From assembly GCA_965213685.1 (NCBI GenBank), contig CBDBZY010000003.1, positions 224,001 through 288,000 on the forward strand: a DNA stretch of 64,000 bases, given 5' to 3'. Below are positions 45,264 to 54,221 of the stretch, piece by piece. The position numbers and the translations under genes were made by a program. Positions within the stretch are counted from its first letter, which is position 1; every line of letters begins with the position of its first letter. This DNA is from a bacterium (GTDB taxonomy: Bacteria > UBA8248). The notes below the pieces were generated by a model. That model saw only the letters and a list, made by a program, of their open reading frames with translations, was not told where the DNA came from and made no database searches.

Positions 45264-45602
45264 CTATCGCTTCAACTTCCGGAGGAAGGCGGCCGCCTCC
45301 TCCGCACTGCGAAGCACCTTGTCGTTGTAGTGCGTGATTTGGTTGATCTCTATGCGGTTGCCCGATTCGTCGAGGAGAACCAGATCCTCCAAATGGACGC
45401 CGACGAACCCGTTGTCGCGCAAGGAGCGCATAATCGCCCCCGCGATGCAGAAGGCGCAGGCGAGTTCGTCGGAGCTGAGGGTCGGCGCCAACTCCCCGTT
45501 TTTCTTGCGGACCACGGCGAAATGGCCCTGAACCCACCCGACGTCCTCAAGCAGCCGGGCGGCGCCTTCGAGAACGTCATTTTGCTCTTCTCTGCTCAGC
45601 AT
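45264..45602 (-). CDS. Small hypothetical protein (DUF6197-like, phage-type)
   Basis: 112 aa; GWVQG...FCIAGAI...YND motif pattern; family name is from recollection. Confidence 0.55.
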   Translation of the reverse strand: MLSREEQNDVLEGAARLLEDVGWVQGHFAVVRKKNGELAPTLSSDELACAFCIAGAIMRSLRDNGFVGVHLEDLVLLDESGNRIEINQITHYNDKVLRSAEEAAAFLRKLKR

Positions 45603-45626
45603 GGCGGTTTTCTCCGATGGGCGCCC

Positions 45627-45731
45627 CGATCCCTTTCTGGCGTGCTTCCGCGCGTTTCAGGCTCCACGACGCCCGCCCCCTCATGGCCCATGACGACGAT
45701 TCCTTTCTGCTGTGCTTCCGTGCTTTTCAGG
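45627..45731. repeat. Repeat-spacer-repeat: two 35-bp repeats (30/35 identical) around a 35-bp spacer derived from a zinc-ADH gene
   Basis: CGAT(C/T)CCTTTCTG..GTGCTTCCG.GC.TTTCAGG at 45627-45661 and 45697-45731; the spacer reads VVMGHEGAGVVE on the minus strand. Confidence 0.8.
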
Positions 45732-45966
45732 GGGGTGAGGAGCAACGTTCCGGCGGCAGGTTTGCTCCCATGCAAGCGCGCAACCCGCTCTCGCCGCCTC
45801 GCTCGGATATGGAATGGCGGCGTGCGCGCCTTTCATATGCCAAACCAGAGAAACCGAGGAATAACCGTATCCATTATCACACACGCATGCAGATTGCCAC
45901 GCGACCCCATGTGCCGGCGGGACGGAGCGCCCTCCGCCGGGGTTTGTTCGCCCGCAGGAAGGTGCA

Positions 45967-46473
45967 TCAGTGGCGAAAGCCTGCGGGGTCGCGCCGGTCG
46001 AACGCATCCCCCCAGATGCCCCGCCGGAAGCTCCTGGCGACGTTCTCGGCTTCTATCAGCTCCTTGCGGTAGCGCACGTTGGGGTGCTTGACGATGGCGC
46101 GGCCCAGCCCTCTGAGCACCATCAGCACGTTCACGTGCGCCCCGTCCGGCAGGAAGACGTAGTATTGCGTCCGTCCGTGGTCATCGACGAGTTTCTTGTC
46201 GAGCTCGAGGGTCACGGTCGTGTTTTCGAGCAGGCGTCTCAGGAAGGCGCGCGCCTCGGTGCTGCCGGGTGCCCCCGGCCCGGGCGCGCCCACCCCGATG
46301 AGGGAGGAGCGCAGGCCGCCGCCCAGCTGGAAGCTCGCGCCGTCATACACCCTGGCGACGCGCGCGGTGAGGCGCTTTCGGAACGGCGCGTCATCCTGGG
46401 CGCGGGCGGCGGGCGCGCCGAGCAGGGCGGCCATGGCGAGCGCGCAGAGAAGCCGGGCGGTTTTTTGCGTCAT
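45967..46473 (-). CDS. Thermonuclease (SNase) family protein with a signal peptide
   Basis: RVYDGAS, LIGVGAP, DDHGRT, A...RRGIW; several catalytic residues look degenerate. Confidence 0.8.
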   Translation of the reverse strand: MTQKTARLLCALAMAALLGAPAARAQDDAPFRKRLTARVARVYDGASFQLGGGLRSSLIGVGAPGPGAPGSTEARAFLRRLLENTTVTLELDKKLVDDHGRTQYYVFLPDGAHVNVLMVLRGLGRAIVKHPNVRYRKELIEAENVARSFRRGIWGDAFDRRDPAGFRH

Positions 46474-46859
46474 CGTCTCATGGCCTCTTGGTGCCGGTGG
46501 TGATTCTTTCGGGCAGTCCGTTCGCGCGTCCTGCCCTCTCCCGCGCGGATGTTTGGTTGCGACGTCTGACGCCAAGGCCCCCCGGGCGAAACGCTCCGGC
46601 CGCCGCACCCGCAGCACCGCTCATGATACCACAGGCGGAGAGAGGCGGTTTTTGTCGGCCCACAAGAGATGTGGAAGCGGCGGATGCGCGCAGCGGATGC
46701 GGTTCTCTGGCGCCTTGCCCGGACGGCGGGGAAACGCGCGGCGTTTTCTTGTTGCGCCCCCTTTTTGTTGAGATTCCAGGCTGGTTGCCCCTACAATGCG
46801 GAATCGCGCCGGATGCGCTGCGCGCGCGGGTTCATCTTTTCTGGTTCCGGAGCGGGCAC

Positions 46860-47847
46860 ATGGCGAGGGCGGCGGAGATACAAGCGGGCGAGCGGTTCGA
46901 TTCCTTTTTCCGAATCCGCGAGTACGAGGCGCGCCTGAGCAGGACGGGCAGGGAGTATCTCGACTTGTCTCTGGAGGACGGGTCGGGGGACATCCCCGCC
47001 AAGGTGTGGGAGCCGTCCAGCCAGGTGGAGGGCGTAGTGGCGGCGGGGGACTTCATCAAGGTGCGGGCCGTGGCGGAGAACTACAAGGGCGGGCTGCAGC
47101 TTCGGGTGGAGCGGATGCGCCGGGTGAACGATCAGGATTATGCGAGCGGGTTCCGGCGCGAGGACTGCGTGCGGCGCACGACATACGACATCGACGTGAT
47201 GTGGAAGGAGACGAAGCGCATCGCGCAGAGCTGCCATCCCCTCGTGGCCGCATACCTCGTCGCGATACTGGATGCGTATGAGGAGAAATTCCGCGAGTGG
47301 CCCGCCTCCCAGTACATCCACCATCCCTACCTCGGCGGCTTGCTGGAGCACACGCTTTCGGTCACGAAAACGTGCCTCTATCTCGCCGATAAATATGCGG
47401 TCTCCCGCGACCTCCTGGTCGCGGGCGCGCTCCTGCACGACATCGGAAAGTTTGCGGAGCTCTCCACCGAGGGGGCCACGCACTACACGGCGCGAGGCCG
47501 GCTCCTCGGCCACGTGGTGATGGGGCGCGACGTCGTGCGCGACTGGGCGCGGCGCGAGGGCGTTTTCCCCGAGGGGGAGGCACCGGAAGGGTTTCTCCTG
47601 CATCTGGAGCATCTCATGCTCTCCCACCAGGGGCAGCCGGAGTGGGGGGGCGGCGAAGACGCCCATGTCGGCGGAGGCGCTCCTCCTCCACTACGCCGAC
47701 GACATCGACGCCAAATTCAACCTGATGAAGCGCGCGGTCGAAGAGGATCGCGGAGAGGGGGACTTCACGGAGAGGAACCGCGTCATGGGGCGCGCCTTCT
47801 ACAAGGGCGCGCCGTCCCTCCCCCCGGAGGAGGCGGGCGATGCTTGA
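46860..47847 (+). CDS. OB-fold/HD-domain 3'-5' exonuclease (YhaM/Cbf1-like); frameshift in the G-run near 47645
   Basis: YLDLSLEDGSGDIPAKVWE, HHPYLGGLLEHT, LLHDIGK, LLHYADDID. Confidence 0.9.
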
Positions 47848-48737
47848 GGCGATCCGGAACGAAAGGACGCGGCGAATCGTGATGCTGGCCGTCGATCACG
47901 GCTACTTCCAGGGGCCGACCTCGGGGCTGGAGGAGCCGGGGAAAACCCTCGGGCCCCTGCTGCCCCACTGCGACGCCGTGAGCCCGACGAAGGGCGTTTT
48001 TCTGCACTGCATGCCGCCGGGGAGTGCCGCGCCGGTCATCCTGCGGGCCTCGGGCGGAAACGCCGTCGTCTATTCGGACCCGGTGGCACTGGAGCGCGAG
48101 CTGGCCATTCGGGGCGCCGGCGTCGAGGACGCGGCGGACCGCGACGCCTTGCGGGGGCCGCATCGCCGAGGAGCTCGTGAGCCGCGAGCTGTCGAACGAG
48201 GCCATCACCGTCTCGGCGGCGGAGGCCCGACGCCTGGGCGCGGCGGGCGTTTCCGTCTCGGTCTACGTGGGGGCGCGCTACCAGAAGGAGTCCATCGTCA
48301 ACCTGGCGCGGATGAGCGAGGAGGGGCGCAGGGAGGGGCTGATCGTCCTCGGCATCACGGCGGTGGGCAGGGAGATGAAGCGCGACGCGCGCTACCTGGG
48401 GCTGGCCGCGCGCATCGCGGCGGAGCACGGGGCGGACGTCGTGAAGACGTATTTTTGCGACCGCTTCGAGGAGGTGGTTCGCGGATGCTTCGTGCCCATC
48501 GTCATCGCCGGGGGGAGGAAGATTCCCGAACGCGAGGCGCTCGCGTTTTGCCGCCGCGCGATCGACGCCGGGGCGGCCGGGGTGGACATGGGCAGAAACA
48601 TCTTCCAGAGCGCGCACCCCGTCGCCATGATCCGGGCGGTGCGCGGCGTCGTGCACGACGACCTCTCGCCCGACGCGGCATACGAGATGTTCCAGGATTT
48701 AATGGGAGCGGCCGGGCGCGGGGCGCCATCCGGATGA
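47840..48737 (+). CDS. lsrF: LsrF-like class I aldolase/thiolase (frameshift near 48155)
   Basis: MLAVDHGYFQGPTSGLE, ELSNE, GADVVKTY, IVIAGG, GVDMGRNIFQ. Confidence 0.85.
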
Positions 48738-49765
48738 GAGGGGCGATGCGGGCGGCGGTCTATTACCGAAACGATGACGTCCGGGTCGAGGAGGTGGCGA
48801 GGCCGCGGGCCGGGGCCGGCGAGTTGCTGCTCCAGACCCGCGCCAGCGGCATCTGCGGCAGCGACGTCATGGAGTGGTACCGCGTCGGGGGCGCGCCGCG
48901 CGTCCTGGGCCATGAGGTGACGGGCGTGGTCGCCGAGGCGGGCGGCGGGGTGGAGAATTTTCGGCCGGGGGATCGCGTGTCCGTCACCCACCACGTGCCG
49001 TGCAACCGCTGTGCGCACTGCCTGCGCGGAGACCACACGGCGTGCGAGACGCTTCGCGCCACGAATTTCGACCCGGGCGGCTTCTCCGAGTTCATTCGGG
49101 TGCCCGCGCGCAACGTGGCGGTCGGGACGTTTCATCTGCCCGATGCCGTCTCGGACGAGGAGGGCGTGTTCATCGAGCCGCTCGGCTGCGTCCCTGCGCG
49201 GCTGGAGGCGCTTGCGGATGACGCCGGGGCTGTCTGTCTTCGTGGTGGGGAGCGGCGTCTCCGGCCTGCTGCACGTCCCAGGCCGCCGCCGCCCTGGGCG
49301 CCGGCCCCGTTTTCGCGGCGGACGTCCATCCCTACCGCCTGGAGGCCGCCCGGAGGTTCGGCGCGCGGCCGCTCCCCCCGTGCGAGCGGATGGATGAGGC
49401 GCTGCGGGAGGCGAACGAGGGCCGCCTGGCGGATCGCGTCATTCTCTGCGCCGGCGCGCCGGCCGCACTGGAAAACGGCCCTCTCGTGCGTCGCGCCATG
49501 CGGCGTCGTGCACCTGTTCGCCCCCGCACCGCCGGAGCACCATCCCCCGGTGGACGTCCACAGAATCTGGCGCGAGCAGATCGCCATCACCGCCACCTAT
49601 GGCGCGGCCCCGCTCGATTTGCGGGAGGCGATGGCGCTGATTCGCGCGCGCCGCCTGCCGGTGGAGGAGCTGATCACCCACAGGTTGCCGCTGGGGGACG
49701 CGCAGGAGGGCTTTCGGCTTGTCGCCCGGGCCGGGGAATCCCTGAAGGTGGTGCTGACGCCCTAG
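48734..49765 (+). CDS. Zinc-dependent (sugar-alcohol type) dehydrogenase, several indels
   Basis: GICGSD, LGHEVTG, CNRCAHC...C, EPLGC, ITHRLPL. Confidence 0.88.
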   Translation: MRGAMRAAVYYRNDDVRVEEVARPRAGAGELLLQTRASGICGSDVMEWYRVGGAPRVLGHEVTGVVAEAGGGVENFRPGDRVSVTHHVPCNRCAHCLRGDHTACETLRATNFDPGGFSEFIRVPARNVAVGTFHLPDAVSDEEGVFIEPLGCVPARLEALADDAGAVCLRGGERRLRPAARPRPPPPWAPAPFSRRTSIPTAWRPPGGSARGRSPRASGWMRRCGRRTRAAWRIASFSAPARRPHWKTALSCVAPCGVVHLFAPAPPEHHPPVDVHRIWREQIAITATYGAAPLDLREAMALIRARRLPVEELITHRLPLGDAQEGFRLVARAGESLKVVLTP

Positions 49766-50730
49766 GGCGCGCGACCCCTCCCCCTCTCTCGGGCGAAAGA
49801 CGCGGGGCGCGGCCGCCTGCGGTTGGGGGGAGCGTCCGCGCGCGGGGCCGGGGGGGGGGGAGGCGCCTATTCCTCCATCGGGTGGTAGGTCAGCTCGCCC
49901 CTCCGGCCCGCCTTCGCCCGCGGCGGCCTCCTCCTCGTAGAGGGCGTCCGGCGGCGTGTCCTCGATGAATTCCGCCCCCTCTTCGGCCTCCTCCCCGACG
50001 GGTGCCGCCGCCTGCGGTTGGGGGGAGCGCTCCGCGCGTGGGGGCCGGGGGAGGCGCCTATTCCTCCATCGGGTGGTAGGTCAGCTCGCCCTCCGGCCCG
50101 CCTTCGTCCGCGGCGGCCTCCTCCTCGTAGAGGGCGTCCGGCGGCGTATTCTCGATGAATTCCGCCCCCTCTTCGGCCTCCCCGCCGACGGGTGCCGCCG
50201 CCTGCGGGTGGGGGGAGCGCTCCTCGCGTGGGGGCCGGGGGGAGGCGCCTATTCCTCCATCGGGTGGTAGGTCAGCTCGCCCTCCGGCCCGCCTTCGTCC
50301 GCAGCGGCCTCCTCCTCGTAGAGGGCGTCCGGCGGCGTGTCCTCGATGAATTCCGCCCCCTCTTCGGCCTCCCCACCGACGGGTGCCGCCGCCTGCCGGT
50401 GGCGGAGCTGATCACCCACAGGCTGCCGCTGGGGGACGCCCAGGAAGGCTTTCGGCTTGTCGCCCGGGCCGGGGAATCCCTGAAGGTGGTGCTGACACCC
50501 TAGGGCGCGCGACCCCTGGCCCCTCTCTCTCCCGGGCGAAAGACGCGGCCGCCTGCGGTTGGGGGGAGCGCTCCTCGCGCGGGGCCGGGGGAGGCGCCTA
50601 TTCCTCCATCGGGTGGTAGGTCAGCTCGCCCTCCGGCCCGCCTTCGTCCGCGGCGGCCTCCTCCTCGTAGAGGGCGTCCGGCGGCGTGTCCTCGATGAAT
50701 TCCGCCCCCTCTTCGGCCTCCTCCCCGACG
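49650..50730. repeat. Nested tandem duplications of the dehydrogenase 3' end (x2), the intergenic DNA and the recD2 3' end (x4)
   Basis: recD2 stop-codon copies at 49867, 50058, 50249 and 50598 (periods 191, 191, 349); ADH-end copy at about 50388-50503. Confidence 0.92.
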
Positions 50731-53084
50731 ACGGGCGCCGCCGCCGCGATGAGCGGCGCGAGATCCGCCTCCCGGCGGATTCGTTCCGGCAGGCCGCTCC
50801 ACCTCCTCCGCACGCGCGCGTTGGCTATCGCCATCCCCAGCGCCTTTTTCGCGCCGAGGAGGACCACCAGGCGCCTCGCCCGCGTGAGGGCGGTGTAGAC
50901 GAGGTTTCTTTGCAGCATCGGGTAGTGCTGGGTGTGAAGCGGGATGACGACGGCGGGGTATTCGCTCCCCTGGCTCTTGTGCACGGTGATGGCGTAGGCG
51001 TGCATCAGCTCGTCGAGTGCCCCGCGCGCGTATTCGATGAGACCCGAGTCAAAGGCCACGCGAACGCTCGCGGCCTCGGGATCGACGCCGCGCACGACGC
51101 CGATGTCGCCGTTGAACACGTCCTTCTCGTAGTTGTTCTTCACCTGGATGAGCTTGTCCCCGGTGCGGAACGTCCGCCCCCCGATCCGCAGCGCGGGCGC
51201 ATCCCCGGCGGGGTTGAGGGCTTCCTGCAGGCGCGCGTTCAGGCTCTGCACGCCGAGCACGCCCCGCTGCATGGGGGAGATGACCTGAATCTCCTCGATG
51301 GGGTCGAATCCGAATCGCTCGGGAATGCGCTCGCGGCACAACTCCACGATGCGGTCCGCGCACTCCTCCGCCTCCGCTTCCTCGATGAAATAATAATCAG
51401 ACGAGGGCCGCCCCTCCCGCCCCCCCTTCCCGTCCCGGGGCATCTCGCCCCGGTTCACGCGGTGGGCGTTCTCCACGATCAGGCTCTTGCGCGCCTGGCG
51501 GAACACCTCGGTGAGCCGCGCGACGGGCAGGGTCTCGGACTGGATGGCGTCGCTCAGGACGTTTCCGGGCCCCACGGAGGGGAGCTGATCCACGTCGCCC
51601 ACCATGATGAACGTCGCCGCGTCCTGCACCGCGCGCAGCAGGTGGGCCATCAGATGGACGTCGAGCATCGAGGCCTCGTCAACGATCACGATGTCCCCGG
51701 TCAGCGGGTTTTCCGCGTCGCGCACGAAGCCGCCCGCGTGCCAGCTGAACTCCAGCAGCCTGTGGATGGTGCGCGCCTCGTGGCCGGTGACCTCGGAGAG
51801 GCGCTTGGCCGCCCGGCCCGTGGGCGCGCCCAGGGTGACCTCCAGGCCGAGGAGGTCCTTGTATATCTCGGTGACGGCGCGCACGATGGTCGTCTTGCCG
51901 GTGCCGGGCCCCCCCGTCACGACGAGCACCTTTTCCGTGAGCGCGCCCTCTATCGCCGCGCGCTGATCCGCGGTGGCCATCCCGCCTTCGAGGGCGCTTT
52001 GCGCGAGGCCGCGCAGGCGCTCGCCGGTCGTTGCGCCGGGGACGCCCCGGCCCCGCAACGCGGCGTCCAGGCGAACCTCATCGCGCGGGGTGCGGATGAG
52101 GGTGGCGAGGCGGCGGGCGACCTCGCATTCCGAGGCGTAGAGCGGGCGCGCGTACACCCGCCTGTCCTCGGCCGAGGCGAGGTTCTCGAGCCGGTTCGCC
52201 GATTCGATCACCAGGGCGCCCGTCCTGCCCAGCCCGTCGATGGCGGCGGCGAGGGGCTCCGGGTCCGTCTCGAGCGTCCGGGCGGTCTCCACCACCAGCT
52301 CCCCGTAGGGCGAGAAGCAGTGTCCCTCGCGCTCTGCGAGCTGGTTCAGGGCGTAGACGGCCCCCGCCGCCAGGCGTTCGGGCGAGTCCGCCGGAATCCC
52401 CAGCTTCCGGGCGACTTGGTCCGCGCTCCGGAAGCCCACGCCGTGAATGTCCGTCGCCAGGCGGTAGGGGTCTTCGCGCAGAGTCTGGATGGATTCGTCG
52501 CCGTAGGTTCGCAGAATTTTCTCGGACAGGTGCAGCGGAATGTCGTATTGCTGGAGGAAGAGCATGATCTCCTTGACCTCGCTCTGGCTCTTCCAGCTCT
52601 CGACGATGGCCTCGCGCTTCTTCTCCCCGAGGCCGCTGATCTCGGTGAGCCGCTCGGGGTGCGCGTCCAGTATGTCGAGCGCACTCTCGCCGAAGCGCTC
52701 CACGATCCGTCTGGCGGTGGCGGGGCCGATGTGCCGAATGATGCCCGACGCCAGGTATTTCTCGATTCCCTCAACCGTCGTGGGCGGCAACGGGTGGGCG
52801 AGGTTGGCGTGGAACTGGCGGCCGAACCTCGGGTGATCCTTCCAACTGCCCCGGAACCGGACGCGCTCCCCCTCCCGAATGCTCGAGAGGTGGCCCACCA
52901 CCGCCACGCGCGGGAAGTCCGCGTCGTCCGGCTGGACGAGCAGAACGCTGTAGCCCGTGTCGTCCGCGCGAAAGCGAATCCGCTCCACCGCGCCGATCAC
53001 CTCGTCTCCCTCATGGGGGAACAGTCCCGTTTTTGGGGGCGGCGTCCGGTGCCTGCGGCGGTATCCTCCGGGTTTGCGCGTCAT
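50598..53084 (-). CDS. recD2: ATP-dependent RecD-like DNA helicase
   Basis: HPRFGRQF, TGGPGTGKTT, APTGRAAKR, VDEASM, AYAITVHKSQGSE; acidic tail. Confidence 0.96.
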   Translation of the reverse strand: MTRKPGGYRRRHRTPPPKTGLFPHEGDEVIGAVERIRFRADDTGYSVLLVQPDDADFPRVAVVGHLSSIREGERVRFRGSWKDHPRFGRQFHANLAHPLPPTTVEGIEKYLASGIIRHIGPATARRIVERFGESALDILDAHPERLTEISGLGEKKREAIVESWKSQSEVKEIMLFLQQYDIPLHLSEKILRTYGDESIQTLREDPYRLATDIHGVGFRSADQVARKLGIPADSPERLAAGAVYALNQLAEREGHCFSPYGELVVETARTLETDPEPLAAAIDGLGRTGALVIESANRLENLASAEDRRVYARPLYASECEVARRLATLIRTPRDEVRLDAALRGRGVPGATTGERLRGLAQSALEGGMATADQRAAIEGALTEKVLVVTGGPGTGKTTIVRAVTEIYKDLLGLEVTLGAPTGRAAKRLSEVTGHEARTIHRLLEFSWHAGGFVRDAENPLTGDIVIVDEASMLDVHLMAHLLRAVQDAATFIMVGDVDQLPSVGPGNVLSDAIQSETLPVARLTEVFRQARKSLIVENAHRVNRGEMPRDGKGGREGRPSSDYYFIEEAEAEECADRIVELCRERIPERFGFDPIEEIQVISPMQRGVLGVQSLNARLQEALNPAGDAPALRIGGRTFRTGDKLIQVKNNYEKDVFNGDIGVVRGVDPEAASVRVAFDSGLIEYARGALDELMHAYAITVHKSQGSEYPAVVIPLHTQHYPMLQRNLVYTALTRARRLVVLLGAKKALGMAIANARVRRRWSGLPERIRREADLAPLIAAAAPVVGEEAEEGAEFIEDTPPDALYEEEAAADEGGPEGELTYHPMEE

Positions 53085-53154
53085 GGGCCGATTCCGGTCG
53101 TTCGCGGGCGGGCGAGGCGGTCGTGCGGCGCGCGCGCCCCGGATCGGGTGGGGC

Positions 53155-53964
53155 TCAAGGGGCGCCCTCGTCCGTCCCGGCGCTTTTCGCCTCCTCCCAG
53201 AGCGCTTCGAGGGCGTCGGGCGGCGCGTTCTCGGGCGAGAGTCCCCGGGTGCGCAGGGCCGCCTCGATGTAGTGGAAGCGCGCGATGAAGCGTCCGATGG
53301 AGGCGCGCGCCGCCCCCTCGGCGTTCACGCCGAGCTTGCGGGAGAGGTTCACCGCCGCGAACAGAAAATCGCCCATCTCCTCCTCGGCCGCCCTCTCGTC
53401 CCCTGTGCGCATCGCCTCCCGGAGTTCGGCCCACTCCTCCTCCACCTTCTGCGCCGCCCCGGCCGCGTCCGGCCAGTCGAAGCCCACGCGCGCGGCCTTT
53501 CCCTGCAGCCTCTGGGCGCGCTGGAGGGCGGGCATGGCGAGGGGGACGCCGTCGAGAATCGAGGCGGCGGCCCGGGCGTTGTCCGAGCGGTTGTTTCTTT
53601 TGTTGATCTCCCAGTTCCGCAGCACCTCGCGGCTCGTCTCGGCGCGCGCGTCCTGAAACACGTGGGGATGGCGGTCGATCATCTTTTGCGCCAGGGCGCG
53701 GGACGCCTCCTCCGCGTCGAAGAGGCCCCGCTCCTTGGCGAGCTGGCAGTGGAAGAGCACCTGCAGCAGAAGGTCGCCCAGCTCCTCCTTCAGCATCCCG
53801 GGGTCGCCCGCCTCGATGGCCTCCATCACCTCGTAGGCCTCCTCGATCAGGTAGGGCTTGAGGGTGTGATGGTCCTGCTCCCTGTCCCAGGGGCAGCCGT
53901 CTGGTGCTCTCAGGCGCGCCATGACCTCCACCGCGTGCTCAAAACCGCTTTTCTTCTCGCTCAA
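53155..53964 (-). CDS. mazG: Nucleoside triphosphate pyrophosphohydrolase
   Basis: GCPWDREQ, EEAYE, EELGDLLLQ, RHPHVF; TTG start inferred. Confidence 0.95.
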   Translation of the reverse strand: MSEKKSGFEHAVEVMARLRAPDGCPWDREQDHHTLKPYLIEEAYEVMEAIEAGDPGMLKEELGDLLLQVLFHCQLAKERGLFDAEEASRALAQKMIDRHPHVFQDARAETSREVLRNWEINKRNNRSDNARAAASILDGVPLAMPALQRAQRLQGKAARVGFDWPDAAGAAQKVEEEWAELREAMRTGDERAAEEEMGDFLFAAVNLSRKLGVNAEGAARASIGRFIARFHYIEAALRTRGLSPENAPPDALEALWEEAKSAGTDEGAP

Positions 53965-54221
53965 GGCGCGCCTCGCGTTCGGGAGTCTGCTGCGTTCGGC
54001 CAGTGTCGGCCAATGTACACCGAACGCCTGGAAAAGCCAACAACCCTGCTTAACGGGGAGGGTGCCCATGGCGCGGGATGGGCGAACGCTCCGGGATTGC
54101 GCGCCCGGCCCATCATGTGGGATGACGAAATGCATATGAACACAAAATGTTGTGTTTCGCTTGACATTTCTCCCCGGATCGGGGAAATTCCCCTTCCGTG
54201 CAAACCCTGAGGAATTTCCCC

